Source: Yuukianura sp. NJ FZ-2021
Taxonomy: Eukaryota
DNA: 64,000 bases
Direction: 5' to 3'
Assembly (NCBI GenBank): GCA_046563655.1
Contig: CM102288.1
Span: 1,736,001 to 1,800,000, forward strand
Part shown: one piece after another, positions 1 through 14,795 of the stretch
How the letters are laid out: every line of letters begins with the position of its first letter
Position numbering within the stretch: position 1 is the first letter of the stretch
Made by a program: the position numbers and the translations under genes
Notes under the pieces: generated by a model
Told to the model about the DNA's origin: nothing
What the model saw: only the letters and a program-made list of their open reading frames with translations
The model's database searches: none

Positions 1-563
1 TGAACCTTTAATAAAACCATCCGAAAGAAAACTAACTAAGGTATCCCTAGGGGCCTCAAATCCGCACGATTTTCAAAAATCAAGATTTCGGAACTCTGTG
101 GGCAAATACGGTTGGTGATCTAGATTTTTCGGTTCACGACAAACGACCAGAAGAATTTTTTAGTTTTGTTTATTTAGTAATAAAAAAGTGTTTTTTAAAC
201 ACCGAAGCGTAAATGTTAATTACGGGGTTGAGACTTCGGTTAAATATATACTCGAAAACTTAAGTTTTTTTTTTGTTCAAATCTACCTTTTGTTTCCTAG
301 AAATACCTATTTGGATTATGTTAAATATGGTTTCTAGATTTTGCCACTACTGTGATCAAAATTGCCACGTTATTTAAAATTTTCACAGGTACCATACTAA
401 CCCTAAAATATAAAGATTTAAAAATTTTGAATCCTGATTCCGCATAGTTCGAATCCTCCGGAAAGAAAGATTACCTTTTTTTTAAATTACAGGATTTTCA
501 GAGCTTAGACATTACGTTGCATCTCGTTTTCCAAAGACTCAAATTATCTCATTTTTTTAAACC

Positions 564-664
564 AAAGTCGACTTTTGAAGTTGTAAAGTCGACTTCCGAC
601 TTTCCAAAAAACGGTCAAGAAATCGACTTCGACGTCGACTTCAAAGTCGACTTTGCCACCCCTA
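564..664. repeat. Cluster of GTCGAC-type motifs ending in a possible hAT-like terminus (TAGGGGTGGCAAA on - strand), inside an intron
   Basis: Several (A)GTCGACTT motifs in about 100 bp ending at ...TTTGCCACCCCTA (664). No partner end or TSD found. Confidence 0.3.
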
Positions 665-716
665 AACACACATCTATGAAAATGTTGATTCAAATCACGA
701 ATGATTGAATAATCAC

Positions 717-1055
717 CTGATCTAGAACGATCTCTTTTACGACGGGAATGTTCATCATTACTGTGGCGATGACTCGATCTATCCTTTACGGATTCCCTGC
801 TTCGGCTTCGACGACGGTGATGTCTTTCTCGATCGGAATAACGTCGGTCTCTTCGTCTGCTTTGAGAGTATGATTCCGAGTCGTCATCAGATTCAGATGC
901 CGATCGTCCTCGTCTTCGACTATGTCCAGATCCCGACCGATATGAATCCTTTGCCCCTGAAAGAATCCTGGACAAGTTATGTCAATGTTAATCACAGCAT
1001 ACACAAAAGCTTTAGCATGTTACCGTTTACCCTTACCCTTCGAAGAACTTGACAT
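717..1055 (-). CDS. Arg/Ser-rich protein, 5' part (the gene presumably continues toward or past the left edge)
   Basis: Exon 1055-1037 (ATG TCA AGT TCT TCG AAG G|gtaagg) splices in frame to exon 956-717 (ttcag| ... |gtgatt). Translation: MSSSSKGAKDSYRSGSGHSRRRGRSASESDDDSE...RRRSRSRES...RDRSRS. Confidence 0.6.
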
Positions 1056-1808
1056 TTCGACGATACTCAGTTAGTTAGTTAGTGAAGGGAATAGTAAGAT
1101 TGGACGCACAGAAAAGTAATTACTACTTTAACAATTAAATTAACACACTTCAAAGTTTACGAAAAGTTTACGTATTTTTCTAAAACGAACTTTTTTTAAA
1201 TCCTACAAACTTACAGGGCATACTCCGATCCTCCTTCCATAGCCGGGCATTTGATTATTATTCAAGAAAATTTTTAGACAAATACTAGTGCAAATTAGGC
1301 AGTTATGCATTATCTTTGATGCACATAAATTAATTCTTATTGTGCCTAATTAATTGTCGAATTTAAGGCATTGATAACTTAAGTGTACTCAAATTAATAA
1401 CGTTAAAGTATAAGTACCCAACACATACGTTTGGGTGTCCGACTGTTGTGTCTGTCACACTGCTTGGCGGGAATCTTAGTTGATAAACCGGGTTGAGTAA
1501 GATAAGCCAATTTATAAGCAAAAGCAGCTGTTTCTTATCGATGTACCGTTAATTCCTTTGTTAGTAAACAAGCTTACTTCTTACACAAATTAGTAACTGT
1601 TTAATTGCGGGTTACTACTTAATTACAGGTATTTGGAAGCTAATTATCAATTGCGTCAGCGGAAAAGGACGATGAAGCAAGTGGTTGGACTTGGATCTGC
1701 ATTCTCTATTTAGTATGCAAATCTTCCGCTGCTTCCTGCCTGCGTGTGCGTGATCTCTGGCCTCGTCGGGTTAACTACACAACTCGTACGACTTAAATTG
1801 AACAAACA

Positions 1809-3598
1809 ATGCAGCTTCCGGGAATTGGCATCTTTGGTGGACAAGACAGCGTTATTAACATCCTCGTACCATATCTGAAGGACAAGGGATTCCGGGTGGA
1901 GGCTTTCTGGGCACTGACTTTGCAAGGTGATTGCAAAATTAAAACAAAAGGAGTTGGTGTTAGTACTTAAGTACGACCAAAGTATTTCTGATGTTTGTTT
2001 TTGTTTTGGATAGATGCTGAACGAGTTCGGAGAGAATTTTCGATTCCATTTTGTACAAACAAAGTTGATGAAGTATTGCTTCGGAAAGATGTGGAGCTGA
2101 TCATCATTTTCTCTCCTCCAAATCTAAGTTCGCAAATTGCTGTCAAGGCCCTAGGAATTGGAAAGCATGTTTTATGTGACCGACCTGCTGGATTGTCACA
2201 ATGTGAAGCTCTAAAAATGGTTCTGGCAAGCAACTACTATCCATCATTGATCTGCGTCCTTGCTTTCTCGTTACGGTTTCACCCTGCGTAAGTTAATTAA
2301 AGAATTTTCGGAAATTTGGATTTTACAAAATAATATTTTTTAATGTTTCTCCAGGTTTATTCAAATGAAGAAGCACATGGACAAATACGTTGGAGTTCCG
2401 AAGCTTTGTTCCATAAGATTAGAAATGGGGCCGACGCTTGGATCTACATTTAACTGGCTATGTGATGACGTTATGGGTATGTGAAGGCACTGGAAAATGC
2501 TGATCTTCAAGCCATGTCAAAAGTTATAACAGGTCACTAATTATTTTAAAAAGGTGGCGGCGTAGTTACACTGTTCGGGTCACACTTGATCGACTTAATA
2601 ACCTACTTAACTGGCCAAAAAGCAATACGAGTACACGGTGTCACAAAAACTCTTCTACCCCAGATGGGGGGCAACCTTTTCTCACAAACTGGAACAACAA
2701 CTCGTCGTGTCACAGCTACAGATTTTGCTGTGATTCAATTAGAAATGGATGGAGGTACTTATTCAAAATCATTCAAAAAAATTTTCAGACATTTCTGACT
2801 TTGTTTTGAATCAAAAGGTCTCTTCGTATCTTTGACGCTGTCAAACCAAATGCCAGCGGGATATTTTTCTCAAGAGATTGCCATGTTTGGTTCCAACGGA
2901 TTCCTGCGGGCAGACGGCGCAAAGGTCACTGGCCTCATACATTCCAATGCAGAGAAAATCCTTCAAAGAAATAACAGTAAAGGCATAGCAGATGCTCCCC
3001 GAGCATCTGAAACTGTGCTGTACTCAGATTCTGAAGATTCAGATTTTCTACTGATCGATCGCTCAATTCGTGCAAACGGTGAATTCTCTCCACTCCTTCC
3101 ACCAATTTATCTGGATGGTAACTAACTATTTTGATGACAGAAACTCTTACATATTAATTCTGATTAAATACTAACTCAATAGTCACGTTGTCTCTTGTTG
3201 TTAACAGGTTTGTTGAAAATGCTTGGTTTACTGCGTGAAGTTTTCAACGTCCCAAATGGAAATGAATGGAAAAAGGAGAGTACTGTCGGTGAGTTTTTCA
3301 GTGCAAAAAGTATCTCATACTTACTGAAAATGATTCATGAAAGGAAAGAACCACTCAAAGTAAAATAATTTTCGAATTTGTATAAAGATTTTCAAGAAAT
3401 AAATGTCAAAAACGTTTTTGTTTGGTAGGCGTCCTTGGTGCGGGTTTTGAAGAAGGTTTGTACGTCCAAGCAGTGATAGAAGCCATCAAGGACTCTGCCA
3501 AAGGAAATCACTGGTCAAAGGTTAACATTTTAACAGAAGAACCAGATCCAAATCCAACTTTGACTGCTGCTGTCCGCACTTCCGCGATTTCCTTGTAA
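1809..3598 (+). CDS. GFOD1: Glucose-fructose oxidoreductase domain-containing protein (Gfo/Idh/MocA family), multi-exon
   Basis: N-terminus MQLPGIGIFGG...LVPYLKDKGFRVEAFW, then IPFCTNKVDEVLLRKDVELIIIFSPP...QIAVKALGIGKHVLCDRP, NWLCDDVMGGG...GSHLIDLITYLTGQKA and FEEGLYVQAVIEAIK. All match animal GFOD1/2. GT-AG introns; TAA at 3596-3598. Confidence 0.9.
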
Positions 3599-5009
3599 CT
3601 TGTGGAAAATGCGTCACGCAAGAAGTCATACGCTTAACATTGAACCAATAACATCACGAGTTACAATGTTACAAATACTTTTAAAACCTGTGAATGATGA
3701 AACACTTGTCCTAGCTACTTAATTGACAGTTAACTAATCAGTAACGATTCATCATTCATATTACAACCGTCCATGGTTACCTGTAACCACTTTAAACTCT
3801 TTTTATAAACGCAGCTTATCAGTAAATGTTCACAGTTAATCTTGTTTACAGCGCCCCAAATTTTTGGGCGTTTCCAGCATCCAGCAGTGTGATACATTCT
3901 AATATTTCTATTCATCTTGTATAATTTAAAAAAAAACGTGTTTAGTATGTCACTTTCCGGCAGAAAATCGCACTTTAACACTTCACGTGGAGAACCATTT
4001 CACGTCACCCTCGTCCATCTTCTGACCATGAGTAATTAACACCTAAATTAAGACAATTAACACCCCGCTCCACACACCCAATAAGAAATATTTACTCCCT
4101 CTCTCTCAATATTTGCACGTTTAATTTTCTATACGTTTTTATTTACCACGGAAAATTCAATTATCAATTTCCATTCCCTTTTTCCTTTTCAAAATTCTTC
4201 ACTTCTCTTTTGAGCATAGAGTCATTTTTCCATAAAAACCTATGGGACTCTTAATTTTGCTTAATTAACTTCGCACTATTTCTTAATTAAGATCAGGAAC
4301 AAAAGTGGATAATAATAGCGTGAGGTGTTTGCTTTTATCATCACCATTTCAATAAAAAGTGTCAATATTTACACAATAATCAAGAATAGTGGCAAGAAAA
4401 AGCAAAACTGAAACCGATCTTTTAAAAACTAAAAATAGAGAAATACTAAAAACGAAATACAGCCCTACAAAAAAGAGAACAAAAATAATAAGAATATTTA
4501 AAGCTTATCACAATGTTTTTCATGTCATAGTGTTTCATTTTTAAAAATAAAATTTCGACAAAACGAAAAACAACATTTAAAATATAGAATGTTCTAAAAG
4601 TTTCTAAAATCAATTTAAAAGTTTTCGAAACATTTAAATTGATTCTCTTTGGTTTTAGGAGGAATTAAGGCGTTAGCTTAATATAAGTTAATTAAAGGAT
4701 ACTTCAGAGCTCTCTCACTTGAGCTCATTTTAACTTAAGTTTAATTAACCAAAAAATAATAATTAGCACCATCAATATTAATTAAGAAAGACTTTAACCG
4801 GGGGCACAAATCCTTTTAAATGCTTATAACAGATGAGGTGAAACAAAAAAAAAATAACGAAAGACAAACCACAGCTAAATTATTTGGGTCAGCCTTTCAC
4901 TTTTCAACAAGCTCAAATAATTTTTTCAGCTCCAGCATTTCTTAACTTGCGCAGTACTTTATGATACTCGACCAGTATTTCATGCTTACGATTGAGTTGC
5001 TCCATAAGA

Positions 5010-8000
5010 TCAAGTGTTGGTCATACCTGAGGTCATGTCCTTGACCTTTGTGTTGTCTCCTGCTACTTTTGACCTTCGATGTCTCCAAAGATGAACGCGA
5101 AAGCTTCCTTTACTTTTGAGTCCAATTTTACATATGGGACACTCAATTTTTTCTTCCGGGAGGAGATGACATTCATGAATGTGTGCTCGGAGGCGTTCCC
5201 GTTTCACAAATTTTTGACAAACGATGCATGGAACGAGTGGTCCCGGGAAATTTTCAACTTTTTCGACCATTGCATCCACTTGACTTGCTGTGTACCGAGC
5301 ACTCTGTGGTACTTGACTACTTCGGATAGCCTTGGTCTTCGGTTTAGTAAATTTGAGAGCCGTCGTGCTATTTCCTGCACTCATGCCATATTTTGCCAGA
5401 AAGTGAGCTGCACTGCCGTGACCTCCGAAGAGGTCAGCTCTTGAATGGAGATGGTGTGACCGTGGAGGAGACGAAGGGCGCAGTCGCTTGAGCTTTGATT
5501 CGTGTGAACTGTCGGTTCCGAATGAAGGGCTGCTGAGTCTTCGTTGTTGCGGAAAGCCAAAGGGAAGGTTGGTTTGAGTCATGGTGGCAGAGGGGTATGC
5601 CAGGGGGTGGTGAGCAATGGGGCGGGGGAGTGCTGATGCTGAGAGAAATGGGAAGTATCTCGGTGGGACTGGTGGCAAAAGGTGGCTTTTGGAGGTCATG
5701 TGGGACAAGAGAGTGCTGGCAAGTGCGGTGGGACTTTTAGCTGACGAATCAAGTGGCCAACTCGTTGAACCTGCAGAATCAGAAGAAAAATCGTCAAAAA
5801 ATGTTCTCCAAAAGCAAAAACAACTTTTGAAAGTGAAAACTTTTTTTTTCATTTTTTCACAAATTCAAAAAGACCTAAAGAAGCTTTTTCAACTTACGTT
5901 TTTCCTGCTTGTATGAAAAAACAGGCGGGGTTGTGACTAGCAGCCCCGCGTTGGTTCGAAACGACGACGCTTCAGTAACTTCGAAATCCGGTGAATGTTG
6001 TCTGCTAGTGTTTGGTTTACTTAGATCTTCCGCCACAAGTGAGCTACCTAAAATTCAAACAACATGACCTCTTGCTTCAAATTGGTCCAAAAAATGAACG
6101 AAAGTTCGAAAACTTACGTCTTTCAACTTGACCCCTTCGATCCAATCCACCTTCTCTGAAAAGTTGCTGTTGTCGCTGAAACGACATGTTCGAGGCATGT
6201 CCTGAGCGTGTCGCCTGGAAATCCCATTTCGCGTCCTCCTCATCATCAATTTCAATCAGAACTGGCGGGGCTGGCGGAGTACTTGGTCCACCATCACTCG
6301 GTTTCATGCCAGCAATAATAGAATTTTCAACTAAAGCTTGTTGCTGTTGTGCGTTGAGGGTAGGGGTTGGTGGAGACGATGGAGCTGAGAGTCCTCCGCG
6401 ATGTTCGTTCAAACTGCCGACAGTTCCAGAAGAAATTCCAGACGATACGCTGGATCTTTTGCGAAAACTGAGCATCCCGACAGGACTTGTCGGAGTATCG
6501 TCATGTATCGCAGTAAAGTTTCGTTGGTTAGAGCCATAAGAATGCCATGGTTGAGAATCATCATTGGACCGCGGCGAAGAAGGGCCACCGCAACCGTGTT
6601 CTCGTGGACTCTGCGTTTCTGGGGAATCGTCGGTAGCATCCTGAATTTAAAACAAAAAATTGCGAAATTTATTCCCATTACGTACAAAAATTGTTTCAAA
6701 AGTGAAGGTGATGGGAGTGAAATTAAAAAAAAAATCAGTTTTTATATAAAACTTGAAACAATTAAGATTTATCTCGTGCCATTAAAAAGACTACTAAAGC
6801 TACTTTCTTGAATTTACAATTTACAACAACGTAACCAAACCTAAGAGTTCCGTCTTTTAGGGATAAACCTGTTTCCAGCCATTTTTTAAAACTTAACATT
6901 AGCCTACACTGCTTTTTACCAACTTTACGTAACATAAATTTAGTGTGTTACATATAAACTTTTAGTTTTTTCAACAAAATTTTTTTGTAACAAGAAAAAA
7001 TACGTTGTTTAAGTTAATGCTACTTTCAACTTTAATTCAACTGTTCGTCACACTTGAACAAATTTTTTGAGAAATTCCTTGTTTAGCGTCTTTGCAAAAA
7101 TCTAACCTTCAAAAATTTATAAATTCGTCCAGCTAACAAGGATTTCCTAACGTCATCTCGTTTCAAAATCTAGTTTAAAAAAAATCACTGTCCTAATTAG
7201 TATAACTTGTTTTAAAATGCACTGATGTGAAATTTTCTTCTCGCGTTCAATTTTCTAATCGGTCTAATCTTACACTTTTCTCAGAAATAACAACTTTTGG
7301 GCATAAAGTAAAGTATATTGACGTAAAATCCCAGTTTTTTATAGTAAAATACAAGACTGTTTCAACTAATTGCAAATGTATTTCGATAATTAATTACTTA
7401 AAATACGTATTGCGTAGAAGGAGTGTCGTAAATTCAATTGACGAAGGTCAACTGTGCAAAACGGGTTCCATTCTAATTAACTGATCGTTGTGAGAGACTC
7501 GAGGCTAATAAAAATTCTAAAATCAAGTTTAGGTTAAAATTAAATTTTAACATTTGTATAAGTTGTTGCATGGCAAGGCCTAAAGTAACCACAGAGCGTC
7601 CATGGACGTACGCAATTTGTATCTAACTTTTACATCTACAATGTTCGTGTTGACGTAAATAACCTAACTGGTTTAGAATTTGCCATTACAACTGATCATG
7701 TGCTGGAGTTGACCCTGTTTTAAATATATCCAACATGTATGAGGTCAGAGAAGTCTTTGGCTCTCATGACCTAGCCAGTACCGGGTACCCATTTGACGTT
7801 AGAATAGCTTTTTCAAGTGCCAATTTGCAAAAAAAATGTATTACGTAACTAACCTAACACTTAATTTTAAAAAAAAAAAAACTCCAAAATTTGTAGGGTG
7901 TAATAAAATTTAGATTGATGAAAACCACTAGACTGTAATTTGAAAAAGCATAGCAATTGTTTTGAATTTTGTAAAAATTCGTTTCACAACGGGAGTTGAA

Positions 8001-11000
8001 CATAACTAATCTCATCAATTGGATCAAAAATCAACAAATTTTAGCTCAAGTACAAAAATTGGAAATAACAGGACTTGTGACCTTCTTGGTCAAAATTCTG
8101 GAGTCAAAACAAACTAGGTACAACCAGATTTGGACCTAACAGAGAACCAATTCTGACACTTTTAATAATGTTTAAGATCATCGCGGTTCAAATTTTATCA
8201 TAATATTTGAAATCAAATCCACAAATTACTAAAAAGACTATAAGTTATGTAGTTATGGTCTGTTTTAGACTCAACTTCCTAGACTATAGAAAGAACGACA
8301 GCTTTATGGTAACTTTATCCGTATGTTAATTTGTACTACTTTATAACCTCACCTCTTGACCTGATCGTTTTCCTAAACATTTCCATGTTTAGGAATCTCT
8401 GTTGCAACACAATTTCATTTTAACATTTGCTCAAAATTTCAAAAAATAAGTCAATAGGAATTCCAAGTTTTCGGGTTTGGGATTTTTCACCAATTTTGTT
8501 CGTCTAACCTTCAATTTAAGTAATAAATTTTCTACTTTAATTATCCAGTGAAACTAAAAACTACTTCTGGAAGATAACAAAATAATTTCTTTCTGTGTGA
8601 AATTTTTGGCAAAGTTGCAAAATGTAACTTCTTAGCTGAAAAAAGTTAACAAGTTAAATTTTTTCGCCTGCCCTGTTGAATTGCATCCTGAATTTTCAAT
8701 TAGGCACATAAAAAGTAGAATAATACAAAATAAAAATGAAACAAAAGAAGTAACGATTCCAGGAGAGATAAGTTCATCTCTCAAAAAGTGGACGCTTCAA
8801 TTTCATTTTGCAAATTGCAACTCTGTCTGTTAAAAAGCGCCTTGTTGGTTACTGACCAATAACAAGTTAAAATTGCAAGTTGCAGAAAAAACTCGTTATG
8901 AGATACTTCTTACTACACTGAATTAAACAGAAAAACCCATGCATAGAGTGTATGAGAGATTTACATCGTTAGCAAAGCTTGTTTTTCTCTTTGGCATTTT
9001 TTATGCAATAATAAGTGGATGCTGTAGAGTAAGTTCTTAAAGCCGTTCACAAGGACAATGTACAGGGTTAACCTGCTACCCTGTTGTACCAAATGCCCAC
9101 TGGGGAGATACCCACCAAAAATTTAATACATAGATAAGCACAGTGTTACCGGATATCCACTTTTTTGCATTTCGTCCAGTTATATCCACTGGATAAATGG
9201 ATACATCCGGATAAAATCCAGTTTCCGATGGACGAAATGGAGTTCTGTCCAGAAGAAATCAATAAAATCCGAATATATCCACCAATTTCGGGGAGATTGG
9301 AAGAAATATTTTATCCATCCAGCCGCACTGGATAAGCACAATATAATTACGATTACATGCCATTCAAATTAAGAAAAAAGTTTTTTTTTTTTTGGAAATT
9401 TTATTCTGAAAAAGTTTTCACATCTCTAAACTGACGTCGTCGGATCGTCATGCTAATCTACCGAATCAGAACTACCGAGTTGGCGTATCGCTTACGTTTG
9501 CGTCACGTAACCACTACTACGTTGATTAATTAACTTATTCGGAAAACTAGTGTGAACTCAAACTAGTTTTATAGTAGTCTGACGCAAAATATTCACAACT
9601 GGCCATTGCCAAAAGGCTTCTAAAATGCTAGGGTTTTTTTTTTACCCGCGTAATGTTGCGGGTTTTACACTTGCTAACCCTGGTATGTGGCCGTGACCAG
9701 CCAGAGAAGTCAAGAAAGGCTTCAGTGCATAGGTCAGGAACAGAGACGCACTTCCAACCTATCTCAACTTCAGAATCTTCTTAACCCATCAACACCTAAA
9801 CTTCTTAACATCCACATCACCATTTCTGCCAAAATAACTTTGACTTTTAAAATATACTTTTTGCAACTCTGGTTAAGCACGTAGCCATCCTTAACTCAAA
9901 CAACATCCAATTAATTCAAATTCACTCAAATCCTTATTGACTCCCAAAAATCCGAAGGTGCTCTTTATGTATTTCCATACATTTTGACTCATTTCCCGAA
10001 AAACACACGAATACATTAAAATGGTATTAATTTTCGCCTTTATCACTTAGTAGTATTACTTTATCACAATTCACAAGCATCTGTCTTTTCATATCCAAGC
10101 CAAAATGTTTTTAACACTACTACTAATTTACGTACAGGAGTAATTAAGTGCCAGATTCGCAGTTTGCTCAAAAATTTGCACAAGACGCAGACGTGTTTAA
10201 GCATTCAATGAGAAAATAACAACCATAACCATTAAGTAGTTACTATAATATACATTGGGTTAGAACAGTGTTGAAAGTTGTAACTTGTTCAAATGAAGTC
10301 AGTTTGTGTTTCTGGTTAACCATGACCTTTGTTGCCCCTCTCCAGAAAAAAAGAGAGAAAAACATTTGCAAACAAAAGATAATTGCAGAAAACGTCGCAA
10401 GTATTTCGTTACACAGATAAATTTTGAATTTGAACCAAAAAAAAGTCAAAAACTGTGACGCTGGAAAACTTAAGTTGAACCAGCATCTTTTTTTCAAATA
10501 AAGTGCACAAGCCAAAAAAAAGCGAATTGAAATTAAACTCTATATAGCTTTCAAAATTTTCAGTTTTAAATTATCAATCTAATTTTCAATGTGGTTGTTA
10601 TCTAACAGCCTCCACTTTAGTAACGGCTAACTAAACTGTTTTTAACTGTTTTTGAAACCAAAAAAGTTACAAAAAACTGCTTCAATCGAGTGCAAAAATT
10701 TATGAACGAACGAAAAAAATCAAGGTGAAACTTGCGTACGAAGTGGCAAAATTGTGGGAAAGTTTGGTAGATTTTGGATTAAAAGATGAGATTAGATTGC
10801 ACAAAATAAAAACCTTGTTTGCGTAGACATTGAGCAAAAGTTACAGACGGTGACCTCTGTTTTTTTCTTCGCTACTGCATGAATACGATTTAAATAGAAT
10901 CACTCAAAAATTTGGTTTTCAAAAAACAAATTAACAAAAAGTAACATATTTTTCAAATACTTTCTAAAATGTGTTCCATTTTGAAAAGAACAATGCTTAC

Positions 11001-14000
11001 TCGTGGCCTACAAATCAGTTACTTTTTAGTGAGTTGCTAAACTAACAACGAACGATGGAGACAGATGTTGTTTTTCTAGAAAAAAAAAGCGTTTTTGGAA
11101 AAATGTTGCACAAGCACAAGCAGCATTCTAACAAGTACAAGCATAGCTAAGCATTGGCGCTGCGTCAGAAACTTTTTTTGGATAACAATTCATTCGCCTA
11201 TTCTTATGTGTGAGATGCAAAGAAATTTTGTCGTAGGTAGTTTTACGCTGCACGGAGATATTCAAACAACATATTTAAGTAATTCATAAAAAATTGATCG
11301 AAATTTACTTCAACTGTTTTGGATTTCTAGGGTACGCTTTTAACGTGAAGCTAGAAACACTTTAGTACAGAAACGCTTAAGCACGCTACAGGGAATTGCA
11401 CAAAGTTTACTAAAATCGCACAGAATTCTAATCTTTACGTTTTTCAAAACAAAAAAAAATGGCGTTGCACGATGCAAAATTCCATTCAAACTCAATTGCT
11501 GACTGCAGAAATGCAATTATGAATCCTAAAATTATTTTTTGAAATTCTGCACGTGCAGAAAAAAATTTAAAGAGTTTTACACCATTTTTAATGAAATAAG
11601 TTCAGACCCGCCCAACTTGAAAAAGTTTAAATTTTTCAAAACTTAAAGAATTCATAGAATTCGGTGGAACTTTGTCATTGTCATGCAAAAATACAAAGGT
11701 TAAAAGGCAAGGGAGGAACAACGTACAAAAAATTGACCTAGTTTATGAACTTTTTTTCATGTGGGTCAACAATATTTAAAATGGTAACTTTTTATTTTTT
11801 AAAGACCTTCTTCCTCCGTTATGCTTTTAAAATTGTAATGATATAAAGGCAGGACATGGAGAAAGTTCTTTAAAAGAAAGTTTTTCCTTTCTGTTGCTCA
11901 AAACGCAACAACTTTGAAGAAAGTGCACTTTAATTTCTGATCAGTTCCAAAGTGCTCATGAATTAGTCTCAAGTTTCCGATCACGGACTCTTGTATATTA
12001 AAACAGAAAAATGGGGACTATAAGTACTTAATTTTTAATAAGCATAAGGTATGGCCCAGTTTAAAAAGAAAGTCTAGTCTCAAAAACCCAGACGATGACG
12101 GAAAAGAAAGCAATAAGCAATAAGCACTTTAGAAAAACAAAGATCCACACCCATAAATCATGCAATTCACAAGAGAGAAATTGAAATTTAAAACACAACA
12201 ACACAAATTAACCATTTTCTTAAAGATAACTCTAACAAAACTAAAAAGTGATACTTCGACACATGCCAAAATTTTAGTTAACAAATTATTTCAAAATGGT
12301 TCAAAAAGTGAAAAAAGAAAACTCATAAAATTTCATAATTGAAACGATCACAAAGTCCTCAAAAAAGTACTAAATTAATCAGGACATTAGGGAGTTTGCG
12401 TTATAAATGTCAGAAAAAAGTTATAGAATTTATAGAACAAAAGTTTTTCTATAATTTTCAACTTTGGTACAGTTTGCGTCAACTTACTTTATAGAAATTA
12501 TAGAACTTAAAAGTCTGTAATTTCTATAAATTTGGCGCCAGAGAACAGAGTTTGCGCTTTCTCATTTTGCTCAGTAGGAAAGTTCTGAGAAAGGAATGCC
12601 TGGTAATGCATTCACCCAGAATCCACTATCTAATTGTCATGGGTTAAGTAGGTTAAGAGTAAGCCTCATTACCGTTCCAAATGTCATGGTAATGAAACTT
12701 ATCGTATTATGGTTGCTTTGCACTAGCATTAACGTTGATTACCTATGTAGTTAAAATTTTTAGAACCAAATTAATTCATTTAGTGCCCAGTGAAGCTAAA
12801 TACACTCCAGGATAGTATAGATTTGACTATCCCGTTAAGTGTCAGCCATTTTTCCTGTTTTAAAAGAAGTCTGAACGTCCTCATCAATTTTTCAACTTTT
12901 CTGAAACCACAACTTTATAGAATTGATTTATAAATGACATAAGTTGGAAAAGTACCATGTGACCGGCTGAAGTGACGTCATTTCACAAGATAAATTCTAT
13001 AAAGAGGATAAATTCTATAACTTTTGATTTGGGCAAATTTAGCGCAAACTGTGGCCTTCAAAATTATGGAATCTAAAATTTTAACCACGTGACCAAAGAA
13101 AGTGACGTCATTTTGCAAGATAAATTCTATAAAGTCCATAAATTCTATAACCAGTGGAAAACGCAAAGTCCCTATTACTACAGTTACTTTTTTATGAAAG
13201 CCGAAAAAAGTAGAATTGTTAGCTTGAAACCATATCCTTTTTTTTTTCGAAATCTCAAAATCATAATTTCGTTTTTACTTTTACGCAAAGTGAAAAAACT
13301 TTTTTTTTATGAGATTTGATCCAAATCGGGTGGACTTTTTCTCGGACAAGTCGGAAAATGAAAAGATAAAGGTGATAAGTTAATTGATATACACGGTAGA
13401 ATTTCGGTAATTAACTTTTCTTAATTTGCGGAAATTAATAGCAGGGACTTTTTAAATATTTGACTGTGTCCAATAACATAATGTTCTTCTCTTTCTTAAA
13501 CAGTGGGATTTTTTTTTATGAGCTCAAGCCGAGTTAGACAATGGGAGGGAACAGGAATTGGCCCATTTTAAGAATTTAATGCACCGAAATTTCTGTTTTT
13601 AAGAAATTGAAGTTAAGAGAATAAGTTTGCATTTATGAATAATTTAAAATTGTTCCATTATGTTGATAACTGACTTATGGTGGTGCATGACTCCTCTTTT
13701 TCTGAACACGATATAACAAAACCAATAACCTAAATGCAACTTCAACTTCAACTTTTGGTTTGCTAAAATGCATCCAAATTAATTAAAAGTTCAAGGAGCC
13801 ATTTTTTTCAATCCAGCTACTGCCTAGAAACTACCTTATGAAAACTTTGACTGGGTGACTTTGAGAATGACTAATTTGTCCGGAAATGAAATTTTGAATT
13901 TCAAAATTTTAAAATTACGGAATATAAAAAAGTTGAGAAACTTACGGAAATGTTGCTAGGATGAGCGTTGATGCCATCAATTCTGAGAGATTCGGCTGCT

Positions 14001-14795
14001 TCCATGAAGTCATCAAACTCATTTTCACAGACGCGAACTTGACCCGAATAAACAAAGTTCATGACTTGCACAACTTCTTCATGTCGTACTCCCTGCAGCA
14101 CTATGATCGGATGCTTGCAAGGATTTTCCTGTTCAAATTTCGAAAAAAAAAAAACACTTGAATTTGAAATTTCAAACCTCAATTTAACTTCAAATGCGCT
14201 TCAAACCGGGCAAAATGGGACGTGAAAAGTGATAGAAAAGCAACAAGCAAAAGTTGCCGCAGAAGTTGCAATTCGCGTTAGAAATAAAAACTTTAATTTT
14301 GAAAAAAAAAAAAACTCATAAAATGCTTGTTTTTCTTACCTGAAAAAGCTTGCGGAAGTAAGGACTGCTCAGCGCAAGTATAATTTTATGAGCTTTGATT
14401 GGTTCTCCGTTGTCTGCAATAAGCGTTACATCTGCCAGTTCTTCTGATCTGAACAACGTTACGAGGCCCTCTACAATATGATGCTGGAATCCGTTCCATT
14501 TGAGAGACAGCATACTGTCCCCCGGTAGTGTCATCGTTTCTGATACCGTAGGAGAGTTCACCGGAAGAGAAGTACTGCTGCCAAGCGGTACGCCACCATC
14601 TTCCCCGCCAGTATCAATTGTCAGCTCCATATCGCTTTCTGAGTCAGCCTTCCCTTTGATTACTCCAACAATTGGTTTGGGTGCAACAGTAACGACAGAT
14701 TCTGAAGAGATTTGAGTCGGTTCTTCAGCAATGAGCAAATCACTTCCTGAATCTCCTCCTCTGCTGTTAGATCCAATCGGTGAGAATCGCAGCAT
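5010..14795 (-). CDS. Tramtrack/Broad-type BTB domain plus two C-terminal C2H2 zinc fingers (transcription factor)
   Basis: Exons 14795-14340, 14128-13946, 6640-6118, 6047-5898 and 5770-5010 join in frame at GT-AG sites. BTB: LSLKWNGFQ...LADVTL...IKAHKIILALSSPYFRKLF|ENPCKHPIIVL...MNFVYSGQV...AAESLRIDGI. Fingers: CIVC...HIHECH and CPIC...HLWRH. Confidence 0.85.
9141..9330. mobile_element. hAT-type MITE (190 bp) in the BTB gene intron
   Basis: Ends CAGTG...CACTG with imperfect TIRs (CAGTGTTACCGGAT vs CAGTGCGGCTGGAT). Exact 8-bp TSD GATAAGCA at 9133-9140 and 9331-9338. Many internal GGATA/TATCC motifs. Confidence 0.8.
12390..13172. mobile_element. Non-autonomous DNA transposon with TA flanks (783 bp)
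   Basis: TIRs GGGAGTTTGCGTT / AACGCAAAGTCCC (12/13 match) flanked by TA on both sides. TTATAGAA motifs predominate near the left end and their complement TTCTATAA near the right end. Confidence 0.7.

Noticed and set aside
1809..3598. Horizontally acquired bacterial oxidoreductase
   Set aside because: The sequence matches the conserved animal GFOD1/2 subfamily and has multiple spliceosomal introns.
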